Positions 10,091 through 19,023 of a stretch of DNA of 64,000 bases are shown one piece after another. The stretch covers positions 13,274-77,273 of the forward strand of contig JBAZNT010000003.1 of the NCBI GenBank assembly GCA_041649115.1, read 5' to 3'. The notes beneath the pieces are model-generated. The model saw only the letters and a program-made list of their open reading frames with translations, made no database searches and was not told the origin of the DNA. The stretch's first letter is position 1. Each line of letters opens with the position of its first letter. The stretch comes from Candidatus Omnitrophota bacterium (GTDB taxonomy: Bacteria; Omnitrophota; Gorgyraeia; Gygaellales; Profunditerraquicolaceae). Position numbers and translations under genes: made by a program.

Positions 10091-11578
10091 ATGCCCTGGA
10101 ACCTTCTGTCTTTGAGCATTATACTTTCTTTTCTGACGCTGGGCATTATCAGGCTCGGATCGCTGCCGCAATTTGCGGATACCTATTATCATCTCCTGAC
10201 TGCCTGGGGATTTCTCGAGGCCGGAGGTTACAGCGGCTGGGATTTCTGGCAGTATGCGCCGTTAGGCAGGGTTCATATTTACCCTCCGCTTTTGCATATC
10301 GTTATGGCTTCTTTCATGAAGCTAGGCCTGTTGCCGGCAGTAACCGGAAAGATATTCGAGTTTATCCTCCCGCCGCTGCTGCTGTTTAGCCTCTGGTATT
10401 TTTTAAAGCGCGCCTTCAATGAGAGGATCGCTTTTTTTAGCCTGGCATTATCCGCATCCTCATTCGGTTTTTACGTAAATCTCGCCGCTCATCCTGCCTC
10501 TACGCTGGCAGCGGTGTTTGGCTTATTGGCAACGGATAACCTCTTAAGGGGCAGGAAGGTAGAAGCGGCTCTTTTGTTGACGTTATGTTTTTATACTCAT
10601 ATAGCAGTGCCCTGGTTTTTTGCAATAGTTTTCTTAAGCTGCTTTTGGTTCCGCCGGCAAGACTGTAAAGGGGCCATCCTGGTCCTGGCAGCGGCACTGT
10701 TATTTTCTTGCCCGCAGCTGGTTAAGCAATTCTTTAGCGCAACCGGTGCTTTATCCGTAGGGATGAGGCTTCAGGAGAAATACCTCTCCTGTTTTAAGCC
10801 GCTCGAGTATCTATTTGCGGCAGCAGGCATATGGGCGGCCTTAAGGGATAAGAAGGGGTATCTTGCTTTAAGTTTCATGCTGGGGAGCCTGGTATTTATA
10901 TTCTATCCCTACCGTTTTTTTGTCGCAGAGGGTTATCTGGCTGTTGTATTGCTGGCAGCATTGGGATTTGATTATTTATATTGCCGTTTCACCAGGCGCA
11001 GCCTGAGGATGGTGTTGAGCCTGGCGTTATTTTTTATTTTCCTGGGCTCTCCTTCCGTAGCTATCCGCAGGAGCGCTGATACCGGAAATCTCCGCTTCGG
11101 TTTATTAGGCATGGACAGCGCTTTCACGCGCCTGGCCCTTGCCGAGGAGTACTCCGGTGAAGCAGGATTGCGTTTTCCCGATGATTTTTCCTTTGCAGCG
11201 GCATTTATCAGGCGTAACTCCGGGGAAAGGGATATTGTATATTCCAACCTTGATGTTGCAGGGGTAGCCCTGGCAGCTCTTAGCGGCCGGGCCACTTCCA
11301 ATGCCCTTTTGCCGGAAATCAAGCCATCCGGCGGATTTGACCCTTTCAGGTCTTCTGCCGTGATTGCGTTGACCAGGGATGAAAAAGAGGCGGTATTGGC
11401 TGAATCCGCAAAGCGTTACGGCCTTGAGAAAATCAGAGAGGAGCGCCTTTTTTATTTTTATCATAACCCTAGCGCCGCCAGCCTGATGCATCCGAAGCTG
11501 GCAACGGTTCCCTGGCCGGCAATCGGAATTATCGCGGCATTAGCGGCAGCAGTTCTTTTAAAAAAATATTTGACTTAA
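10091..11578 (+). CDS. Polytopic membrane protein, function unknown (possibly GT-C-like)
   Basis: 495 aa with many hydrophobic helices. The first-loop sequence ADTYYHLL is weakly reminiscent of GT-C enzymes. No firm motif found. Confidence 0.3.
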   Translation: MPWNLLSLSIILSFLTLGIIRLGSLPQFADTYYHLLTAWGFLEAGGYSGWDFWQYAPLGRVHIYPPLLHIVMASFMKLGLLPAVTGKIFEFILPPLLLFSLWYFLKRAFNERIAFFSLALSASSFGFYVNLAAHPASTLAAVFGLLATDNLLRGRKVEAALLLTLCFYTHIAVPWFFAIVFLSCFWFRRQDCKGAILVLAAALLFSCPQLVKQFFSATGALSVGMRLQEKYLSCFKPLEYLFAAAGIWAALRDKKGYLALSFMLGSLVFIFYPYRFFVAEGYLAVVLLAALGFDYLYCRFTRRSLRMVLSLALFFIFLGSPSVAIRRSADTGNLRFGLLGMDSAFTRLALAEEYSGEAGLRFPDDFSFAAAFIRRNSGERDIVYSNLDVAGVALAALSGRATSNALLPEIKPSGGFDPFRSSAVIALTRDEKEAVLAESAKRYGLEKIREERLFYFYHNPSAASLMHPKLATVPWPAIGIIAALAAAVLLKKYLT

Positions 11579-11597
11579 AATAAAAATATGTTATACT
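11570..11597 (+). promoter_or_regulatory. Sigma70-like promoter for rplM-rpsI
   Basis: TTGACT (11570-11575), 16-nt spacer, TATACT (11592-11597). The ATG at 11607 lies only about 10 nt downstream with no SD, so the leader is very short or absent. Confidence 0.5.
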
Positions 11598-11606
11598 TGG
11601 GATTCT

Positions 11607-12038
11607 ATGCGTAAAACATACATACCTAAAAAAGACGCTCTTAAGCATAACTGGTATCTGGTAGATGCCAAGGGTAAGATACTGGGAAGGCTGGCGAGCA
11701 GGGTTGCGGCGGTCTTAAGAGGCAAGCACAAGCCGGAGTTCAGCCCGCACATGGATACCGGAGACAGCGTAATAGTAATCAATGCCGCTGGTATCAAGGT
11801 TACCGGCAGGAAGATGAAGCAAAAGATTTACCGACGTTATTCCGGATACCCCGGGGGGCTGCGTGAGGTACCGCTGGAGGATATGCTTAAGAAAAACCCC
11901 GTCAGGGTAATCAGGCTGGCGGTAGAGCGCATGCTTCCGCATGGCGCCCTGGCAAGCGACCTCATCAAAAAACTCAGGGTTTATTCCGATGAGAAACACC
12001 CGCATAAATCACAGAATCCTCTGCCTTTGGAGGTATAA
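11607..12038 (+). CDS. rplM: 50S ribosomal protein L13
   Basis: 143 aa with the canonical L13 N-terminus (WYLVDAKGKILGRLAS). Confidence 0.95.
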   Translation: MRKTYIPKKDALKHNWYLVDAKGKILGRLASRVAAVLRGKHKPEFSPHMDTGDSVIVINAAGIKVTGRKMKQKIYRRYSGYPGGLREVPLEDMLKKNPVRVIRLAVERMLPHGALASDLIKKLRVYSDEKHPHKSQNPLPLEV

Positions 12039-12044
12039 GGACAA

Positions 12045-12452
12045 ATGGAACAGGACTTAAAAGCTACTGATAAATTTACTGCAATCGGCAGGCGCAAGGA
12101 GGCGGTTGCCAGGGTTAAACTTACGCCCGGCAGCGGAGCTATCAGCATTAACGCTATGCCCTTGGAGAAATATTTTATACGCGAGACAGACCGGCTTATC
12201 ATAAGGCAGCCGCTGGGGATTACCTCCAGCAGCGATAAATACGATATCGACGCTACCTTAAGTGGCGGGGGGCTTTCCGGACAGGCCGAGGCGCTGCGGC
12301 TGGGTATTGCACGCGCCCTGGTGCAGGCAGACGATACCCTAAAGGACGCCTTGCGTAAGAGCGGTTTTCTGACGCGCGACCCGCGTGCCAAGGAGCGCAA
12401 GAAATTCGGCCAGAAGGGCGCACGCAAGCGCTTCCAGTGGACTAAGAGGTAG
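12045..12452 (+). CDS. rpsI: 30S ribosomal protein S9
   Basis: 135 aa with GRRKEAVARV start region and C-terminal KFGQKGARKRFQWTKR. Confidence 0.95.
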   Translation: MEQDLKATDKFTAIGRRKEAVARVKLTPGSGAISINAMPLEKYFIRETDRLIIRQPLGITSSSDKYDIDATLSGGGLSGQAEALRLGIARALVQADDTLKDALRKSGFLTRDPRAKERKKFGQKGARKRFQWTKR

Positions 12453-12493
12453 GAGGAAGAGTCAGGTTTTAGAGAAAGACAGGTTTCTTAGGT

Positions 12494-12525
12494 AATCCCG
12501 CTGGAAGGCGGGATTTTTTATTTTC
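12494..12525 (+). terminator. Rho-independent terminator after rpsI
   Basis: AATCCCGC (12494-12501) pairs with GCGGGATT (12508-12515), followed by TTTTTATTTTC. Confidence 0.7.
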
Positions 12526-12542
12526 TTCGACGAGAAAAACAC

Positions 12543-12571
12543 TTGACGCAGGATGGTTTTTATCCTAATAT
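12543..12571 (+). promoter_or_regulatory. Sigma70-like promoter for the arg operon
   Basis: TTGACG (12543-12548), 17-nt spacer, TAATAT (12566-12571). Confidence 0.5.
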
Positions 12572-12578
12572 GAGTCCT

Positions 12579-13619
12579 ATGATTAAGAAAACCACCATAA
12601 TCAACGTCGGCATTGCGGGAGCTACCGGTCTGGCCGGAGAGGAACTTATCAAGCTTCTCCTTGGGCATCCAGGGGTGAGGATTACGCATCTGTGCGCCAA
12701 GATAGATAAGCCCCGCCACATCGCAGAGATATTCCCGGCGTTGAAGGGAAGGTTGGACCTCGTATGCTATCAGCCTAACGCCAAAGAGCTAGCCTCCAAA
12801 TGCGACCTGGTATTCCTGGCCCTGCCGCATACCGTCTCTATGACAATGGCCCCGGCGTTATTAAAGGCAGGCAGGCCTGTGATTGACCTAAGCGCAGATT
12901 ATCGCTTAAGAGATCCGCGGGTTTACCGGAAGTTTTATAACGCAGAGCACAAGGATAAAAACAACCTTAAGCGAGCGGTTTACGGCTTATGCGAGCTCAA
13001 CCGTAACAAAATCAGGTCAGCCGGTTTTATTGCCAATCCGGGATGCTATCCCACGGCGGCAATATTGGCCCTTGCGCCTCTTACGGCATTAAACCTGGCG
13101 GAGCCGGATTCCATTATCATTGACGCCAAATCAGGCGCAAGCGGCGCCGGGCGGAAAGTCTCTGAGGCCCTATTATTCGGCGAGGTCAATGAGGATTTCA
13201 AGGCCTACAAGGTTAATGTCCATCAGCATATGCCGGAGATTAACCAGGAGCTTTCGGGTCTGGCAGGGGAGAAGATAAAGGTTATTTTTATACCGCACCT
13301 CCTGCCGCTGGAACGGGGGATATTAGAGACCATTTACGCGAAAAAAGGGAAGCGTTTGTTATCCAAAAAGCGCGACCTGCATAAACTCTATAAGAATTTC
13401 TACAAGAAGGAGCCTTTTATCCGCATCAAAGAGGAAGGGGAATTCCCGCGTTTAAAGGACGTCTCCCATACCAACTTCTGCGATATCGCCATCAAGGACG
13501 ACGGTGACAGTATCATAATTATCGCCGCCATTGATAATCTCCTTAAGGGTGCGGCAGGACAGGCAGTGCAGAATATGAATATTATGTACAACTTCCCGGA
13601 ACACCTGGGGTTGCTATGA
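12579..13619 (+). CDS. argC: N-acetyl-gamma-glutamyl-phosphate reductase
   Basis: GIAGATGLAGEELIKLL N-terminus, NPGCYPTA active-site Cys, DNLLKGAAGQAVQNMN C-terminus. The start is ambiguous (12570 or 12579); the track start 12543 overlaps the promoter. Confidence 0.85.
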   Translation: MIKKTTIINVGIAGATGLAGEELIKLLLGHPGVRITHLCAKIDKPRHIAEIFPALKGRLDLVCYQPNAKELASKCDLVFLALPHTVSMTMAPALLKAGRPVIDLSADYRLRDPRVYRKFYNAEHKDKNNLKRAVYGLCELNRNKIRSAGFIANPGCYPTAAILALAPLTALNLAEPDSIIIDAKSGASGAGRKVSEALLFGEVNEDFKAYKVNVHQHMPEINQELSGLAGEKIKVIFIPHLLPLERGILETIYAKKGKRLLSKKRDLHKLYKNFYKKEPFIRIKEEGEFPRLKDVSHTNFCDIAIKDDGDSIIIIAAIDNLLKGAAGQAVQNMNIMYNFPEHLGLL

Positions 13620-14755
13620 AATCTTCTCCGGTAAAAGGCTTGCCCCGCGGCTTTCAGGCTAACGGCGTTGCAGCGGGGATTAAAAGGTCAGGCAGGCCTG
13701 ACCTGGCGTTGTTTTATTCCCAGGCCCCTGCCAAGGTCGCCGCAGTTTTTACGTCTAACAGCATCAAGGCCGCGCCTCTTAAGGTATCCCAGTCGTATCT
13801 CAGCCGTAACGAATATTTTCAGGCCCTGATCGTAAACAGCGGTAATGCCAACTGTTTTACCGGCAATGCCGGTCTGGCCGATGCCAGAAAGATGAGCCTG
13901 CTGGCTGCCCGCGGTTTAGGCATCAGGAAGGAAGCGGTATTAGTAGCTTCTACCGGGATTATCGCAAGGCGCATGCCGCTCGGAAAGATTGAGAATGCTA
14001 TCCCTTTGCTTGTTGAGGGGTTGTCTGCCAAGGGGATTGGGATGGCCGGTAAGGCCATAATGACTACCGACACCTTTGCGAAGAAGGCGCATGCCAGGGT
14101 AAAGGTAGGCAAACAGTCCGTTACTATTTATGGCGTGGCCAAAGGCGCGGGGATGATCGGGCCGAAGGTAGCCACGATGCTTTGTTTTTTATTTACCGAC
14201 GCCAATATCGCGCGGGGCGCCCTGGATAAGGCGCTCAAGGCAGCGGCGGATAATTCCTTTAACTGCATTACCGTAGACGGCTGCATGAGCACTAACGATA
14301 TGGTGACCCTGTTTGCAAACGGCCTGGCCAAGAATACCGCCATTGAGTCCGGCCGTAACTTCAGGAGTTTCAGCCGTGCCCTAAGCAGCGTATGCCTGGA
14401 ATTGGCCAGGATGCTCGTACGCGATGCAGAGGGGGCAACTAAATTCATTACCGTCAAGGTCAGCGGCGCCAGGAGCGCCTCTGAAGCCAGGCGTGCGGCG
14501 CTGGCTGTTGCAAATTCCAATCTTTTTAAGACTGCGATGTTTGCCTCCAGCCCCAATGTCTTAGGCAGGATTGTAGCTGCGGTAGGCGCCAGCGGGGCAA
14601 AGGTCAAAGAAGAGAAGCTGAATATTTCCTTAGGCGATCTCAAAGGGAAGGAAGTAAAGGTGGAGCTCTCGCTCGGTTGCGGAAGGCAGGAGGCCGTGGT
14701 GTATACCTCGGACCTCACCTATAAATACATTAAGATTAACGCCGGATATAATTAG
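13616..14755 (+). CDS. argJ: Bifunctional glutamate N-acetyltransferase / amino-acid acetyltransferase
   Basis: 379 aa with the ATML autoprocessing site (KVATMLCFLFTDA). Confidence 0.9.
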   Translation: MKSSPVKGLPRGFQANGVAAGIKRSGRPDLALFYSQAPAKVAAVFTSNSIKAAPLKVSQSYLSRNEYFQALIVNSGNANCFTGNAGLADARKMSLLAARGLGIRKEAVLVASTGIIARRMPLGKIENAIPLLVEGLSAKGIGMAGKAIMTTDTFAKKAHARVKVGKQSVTIYGVAKGAGMIGPKVATMLCFLFTDANIARGALDKALKAAADNSFNCITVDGCMSTNDMVTLFANGLAKNTAIESGRNFRSFSRALSSVCLELARMLVRDAEGATKFITVKVSGARSASEARRAALAVANSNLFKTAMFASSPNVLGRIVAAVGASGAKVKEEKLNISLGDLKGKEVKVELSLGCGRQEAVVYTSDLTYKYIKINAGYN

Positions 14756-14781
14756 TTTGCGAGGATAAGGTAAGGCATGCT

Positions 14782-15639
14782 ATGGAAGAGGCAATTAAAA
14801 AAGCGCACGTATTGATTGAGGCGCTTCCTTATATCAAGAACTTCCATAAGAAGGTTGTTGTCATCAAGTACGGCGGCAGCATCCTTGCGGAGGAAAAGAT
14901 CCGCCGGGGAGTCCTGGAGGATATTGTATTTTTGAGTTTTATGGGTATCAGGCCGGTATTGGTTCACGGCGGGGGGCCGCATATCAGCGACCGCATGCGC
15001 AATAAGGGGATGAAGACGGAGTTTGTAGACGGTATGCGGGTTACCGATAAAGAGACGCTGGCAGTGGTGGAAGAGGAACTGAAGAAACTCAACGCCCTGA
15101 TTGTCAAGGAGATAACCGAATTGGGAGCGCAGGCAGTGGGGCTAAACGGCAAGGACAGGAAAATCATCCAGGCTGCCAAGAAAAAAGCCCGGGTTGACCT
15201 GGGGCTGGTGGGGCATGCCACCGCAGTCAATGCCGAGCCGCTCCTGGAGGCCTCCAGGAAGGGGCAGGTAGTGGCGATAATCCCTCTGGCAAAAGGCAAT
15301 GACAAAAATACGTATAATATCAACGCCGATGAGGCCGCCTCTTTTATCGCCGGAGGCCTCAAGGCCGAAAAACTGGTTCTCCTTACTAATGTCAAGGGGA
15401 TTATGCGCCGCAGCGATGACCAGAATTCATTTATCTCTACCCTCACTATCCAAGAGGCGAAGGGCTTGATCAGAGATAATATCATTCAGCACGGCATGAT
15501 CCCAAAGGTGAATGCCTGCATTGACGCCTTGGGCAAGGGAGTCAAGAAGACGCATATTATTGACGCGCGCATCCCGCACGCGTTATTGCTTGAGATTTTT
15601 ACGGACCAGGGCATCGGTACCGAGATCGTGAAGGGGTAG
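14782..15639 (+). CDS. argB: Acetylglutamate kinase
   Basis: 285 aa with VIKYGGS and HGGGP motifs. Confidence 0.9.
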   Translation: MEEAIKKAHVLIEALPYIKNFHKKVVVIKYGGSILAEEKIRRGVLEDIVFLSFMGIRPVLVHGGGPHISDRMRNKGMKTEFVDGMRVTDKETLAVVEEELKKLNALIVKEITELGAQAVGLNGKDRKIIQAAKKKARVDLGLVGHATAVNAEPLLEASRKGQVVAIIPLAKGNDKNTYNINADEAASFIAGGLKAEKLVLLTNVKGIMRRSDDQNSFISTLTIQEAKGLIRDNIIQHGMIPKVNACIDALGKGVKKTHIIDARIPHALLLEIFTDQGIGTEIVKG

Positions 15640-15642
15640 GTT

Positions 15643-16827
15643 ATGAAACTAAACGAGGTCTTTGACAGTTACGGGGATTTTATCATGCCTACCTACGCCA
15701 AGATTCCGCTGGTTTTTGTCAAAGGCAAGGGGTCTTGCCTCTGTGATATCAACGGAAGGCCGTACCTGGATTTTTTTCCGGGCTGGGGCGTATGCAACGT
15801 AGGGCATTGTCATCCCAAGGTGATGCGAGCTATACGCGAGCAGGCGGGCAAGCTGATATTCATACCTAACAACTATTACCACATTGCCCAGGCAAAGCTG
15901 GCATCTGAGCTTGCGCGTCTTTCGTTTCCCTCCAAGGTATTTTTCTGTAATTCCGGGGCAGAGGCAAACGAGGCGGCGATAAAATTCAGCCGCAAGTTCG
16001 GTAAGGGCCAGAGGCACGAGATTATTACCTTTCAGAATTCCTTTCACGGTCGCACCCTGGCTGCGCTTTCGGCTACCGGACAGAAGAAATACCAGAACGG
16101 ATTTGAGCCGCTGGTCGAGGGGTTTAAGACCGTGAGGTTCAATGACCTTGAGGCGGTAAAGAAGGCGGCCGGTGATAAGACCGTAGCGGTGATGCTGGAA
16201 CTGGTGCAGGGGGAGGGGGGCGTTAATATCGCTGAGAAGGATTTTGTCCAGGGGCTGCGTAAGCTCTGCGACGAAAAGAACATGCTTTTGATAATAGATG
16301 AGGTACAAACCGGTATCGGCAGGACAGGTAAATATTTCTGTTATCAGAACTACAACGTAACCCCTGACGTAGTGACGCTTGCCAAGGCGCTGGGGGGCGG
16401 GCTTCCCATTGGAACAATGCTTGTCAAGAAGGATGTCGCTGATATCCTTCAGCCAGGCACGCACGCCTCTACTTTTGGCGGGGGGCCGGTAGTCTGCCGC
16501 GCGGCATTAGCGGTCCTGGCTGCAATAGAGAAGGAAAAAATGCTGGATAATGCCGGGGCGATGGGGGAATTTCTTGCAGCGAGGCTAAACGCCTTAAAGG
16601 AGAAGTACCCCGTGATAAAAGAGGTGAGGGGCCTGGGCCTGATGTGGGGGGCCGAGCTTGAGATTGAGGGCAAGAAAATAGCAGAGAGGTGTTTAGAAAA
16701 AGGGCTATTGATTAATTGTACCCACGAGCGCGTCCTCCGTTTTATGCCGGCGCTCACCGTTACCCGTAAAGAGATAGAACGGGCTACGGAGATATTGGAA
16801 GAAACGCTGAAAGGTGTTCCGAAATGA
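15643..16827 (+). CDS. argD: Acetylornithine aminotransferase
   Basis: 394 aa class-III aminotransferase with DEVQTGIGRTG and TLAKALGGG (PLP Lys) motifs. Confidence 0.9.
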   Translation: MKLNEVFDSYGDFIMPTYAKIPLVFVKGKGSCLCDINGRPYLDFFPGWGVCNVGHCHPKVMRAIREQAGKLIFIPNNYYHIAQAKLASELARLSFPSKVFFCNSGAEANEAAIKFSRKFGKGQRHEIITFQNSFHGRTLAALSATGQKKYQNGFEPLVEGFKTVRFNDLEAVKKAAGDKTVAVMLELVQGEGGVNIAEKDFVQGLRKLCDEKNMLLIIDEVQTGIGRTGKYFCYQNYNVTPDVVTLAKALGGGLPIGTMLVKKDVADILQPGTHASTFGGGPVVCRAALAVLAAIEKEKMLDNAGAMGEFLAARLNALKEKYPVIKEVRGLGLMWGAELEIEGKKIAERCLEKGLLINCTHERVLRFMPALTVTRKEIERATEILEETLKGVPK

Positions 16828-17753
16828 AAAAGGATTTAATTTCCATAGGGGATTTAAGCACTAAGGACATCAATGAGGTATTTGAGCTTACCGCTAAGGT
16901 TAAGAAGGATAGCGTTAAATTCGCGAAGGCCCTCTCAGGCAAAAGCCTGGCTTTGGTTTTTCAGAAGCCTTCTAACCGCACCAGGGTTTCCTTCGAGGTG
17001 GGGATATACCAGCTGGGGGGGAATTCCATATATCTTGGTCCCGGCGAGATAAACCTCGGGGTGCGCGAGTCCATCGGCGACGTTGCGATGACCATCTCGC
17101 GCTATGTGGACGGGATAGTGTTGCGTACCTTCGCGCATAAGAATGTCCTGGAGATGGCGGAAGCCGCAGTGGTGCCGGTAATCAACGGCCTTTCGGATTT
17201 TTCGCACCCCTGCCAGGCATTAGCCGACCTCTATACGATAAAGGAAAAGTTCAAGGATTTCAGGAAAGTAACCATGGTTTATGTCGGGGACGGCAACAAT
17301 GTCTGCAATTCACTTTTGTATGCCTCTGCCAAAGTAGGAATGAACATGAACGCGGCCTGTCCAAAAGGCTATGAGCCTGACAGCGCGGTTTTGAAAGAGG
17401 CCAAGGCGACCGCCGCCTCCAATAAGAGCAGCATCAATGTCTTTCATGATGCCGCAGAGGCGGTCGATGGCGCTGATGTTGTCTATACCGATGTCTGGGC
17501 GAGCATGGGGCAGGAGTCAGAGAGCGAGGTACGCAAGAATATATTCCGGGATTTTCAGTTGAACGCCGGGCTTTTGGCGAAGGCAAACAAGGGCGCTTTG
17601 GTCATGCATTGCCTGCCGGCGCACCGGGGGTTAGAAATAACCGACGAGGTCATGGACAGTAAGAATTCGGTTGTCTTTGACCAGGCCGAGAACCGCATGC
17701 ATGTCCAGAAGGCCATCTTGATTAAACTATTAGCAACGGGGAAGGACAAATGA
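16824..17753 (+). CDS. argF: Ornithine carbamoyltransferase
   Basis: 309 aa with SNRTR, HPCQALAD and HCLPA motifs. Confidence 0.9.
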   Translation: MKKDLISIGDLSTKDINEVFELTAKVKKDSVKFAKALSGKSLALVFQKPSNRTRVSFEVGIYQLGGNSIYLGPGEINLGVRESIGDVAMTISRYVDGIVLRTFAHKNVLEMAEAAVVPVINGLSDFSHPCQALADLYTIKEKFKDFRKVTMVYVGDGNNVCNSLLYASAKVGMNMNAACPKGYEPDSAVLKEAKATAASNKSSINVFHDAAEAVDGADVVYTDVWASMGQESESEVRKNIFRDFQLNAGLLAKANKGALVMHCLPAHRGLEITDEVMDSKNSVVFDQAENRMHVQKAILIKLLATGKDK

Positions 17754-18931
17754 AGAAAGTAGTCTTGGCTTATTCGGGAGGGCTGGATACTTCCTGCGCC
17801 GTAAGGTGGCTTCAAGAGCAGGGGTATGACGTTATATGTTTTGTAGCTGACCTCGGACAGGGCCTGGGGAAGGGGGAGGATTTTAAGCAGATTGAAGAGC
17901 GCGCGTTGGCTGCCGGGGCCTCCAAGGTTTACGTAAAAGACCTCCAGGCGGAATTCGTAGATGATTTTGTCCTGCCGGCGTTAAAGGCCAATGCCATATA
18001 TGAAGGCAAATACCTTTTGGCTACGGCCCTGGGCAGGCCCTTGATTGCCAAGTGCCTGGTGGACATTGCGCATCGCGAGAAGGCGACTGCAGTAGCTCAC
18101 GGCTGTACCGGTAAAGGCAATGACCAGGTCAGGTTTGAAGTCAGTATCGGGATACTGGACCCGCGCCTTGAGATTATCGCTCCGGTGAGGGAATGGGAGT
18201 TTAAGTCGCGGGAAGATGAAATCGAATACGCCAGGATTTATAACATTCCGGTTGATGTCACGAAGAAAAAGCCTTACAGCATTGACAGGAATCTCTGGGG
18301 TATCAGCATTGAAGCCGGGATATTGGAGGATCTGAAGCAGGAGCCGCCCGAGGACGCCTATATGATTACCCGCAGCCCCACCGCCATCTCCAGTTATCCG
18401 AAATATCTGGAAATATCTTTTGAGAAAGGGCTGCCCCATAAGCTTGACGGCAAGGCCTATAATCCCAAGAACCTGATTATGCATTTGAACGAGGTCGGGG
18501 GATTTTACGGGGTAGGCAGGAGCGACCTGGTTGAGAACCGCCTGGTGGGGATTAAGTCGCGCGAAATTTACGAGGCTCCTGCAGCTACCATTCTTTATGC
18601 GGCGCACAAGGAATTGGAGAGCCTTGTCCTTGACCGGGAGTTGGCGCATTTTAAGGAATTGGTATCGCTGAAGTATTCCGAACTGGTTTATTACGGGCTT
18701 TGGCATTCCCCGTTAAAGAAGGCGCTTGATTCTTTTGTGGAAGAAACGCAGAAGCGTGTAAGCGGGGTGATCCGTTTGAAGCTCTTTAAGGGGAATTGCA
18801 CGGCAGTAGGCCGCACCTCCGCGCACTCGCTTTACAAGAAGGAATTAAGCACCTACGGCAAAGAGGATAAATTCGACCAGAAGTTAGCGGAGGGCTTTAT
18901 CAGGCTTTGGGGCCTTCCCTATCAAAAATAA
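17750..18931 (+). CDS. argG: Argininosuccinate synthase
   Basis: 393 aa with the AYSGGLDTS N-terminal ATP-PPase motif. Confidence 0.95.
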   Translation: MKKVVLAYSGGLDTSCAVRWLQEQGYDVICFVADLGQGLGKGEDFKQIEERALAAGASKVYVKDLQAEFVDDFVLPALKANAIYEGKYLLATALGRPLIAKCLVDIAHREKATAVAHGCTGKGNDQVRFEVSIGILDPRLEIIAPVREWEFKSREDEIEYARIYNIPVDVTKKKPYSIDRNLWGISIEAGILEDLKQEPPEDAYMITRSPTAISSYPKYLEISFEKGLPHKLDGKAYNPKNLIMHLNEVGGFYGVGRSDLVENRLVGIKSREIYEAPAATILYAAHKELESLVLDRELAHFKELVSLKYSELVYYGLWHSPLKKALDSFVEETQKRVSGVIRLKLFKGNCTAVGRTSAHSLYKKELSTYGKEDKFDQKLAEGFIRLWGLPYQK

Positions 18932-18934
18932 TTT

Positions 18935-19008
18935 AGGGACGGTTCTCGACTACGGTTAAAACTGTCCCTATTAGGGGACACTTTTAACCGCGACTCAGAA
19001 CCGTCCCT
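18935..19008. repeat. 74-nt intergenic palindromic element (two inverted half-copies)
   Basis: AGGGACGGTTCT...GGTTAAAACTGTCCC is mirrored by GGGGACACTTTTAACC...AGAACCGTCCCT. The half-unit recurs at 6684..6728. Confidence 0.7.
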
Positions 19009-19023
19009 GGCAGAGGAGAGAAG

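Noticed and set aside
15649-16464. 271-aa minus-strand ORF
   Set aside because: It lies entirely antisense to argD, whose product has clear aminotransferase motifs. The antisense translation is Arg/Leu/Pro-rich with no motifs. It is a shadow ORF of a GC-balanced gene.
17981-18706. 241-aa minus-strand ORF
   Set aside because: It is antisense to argG (canonical argininosuccinate synthase), has no recognisable motifs and no SD.
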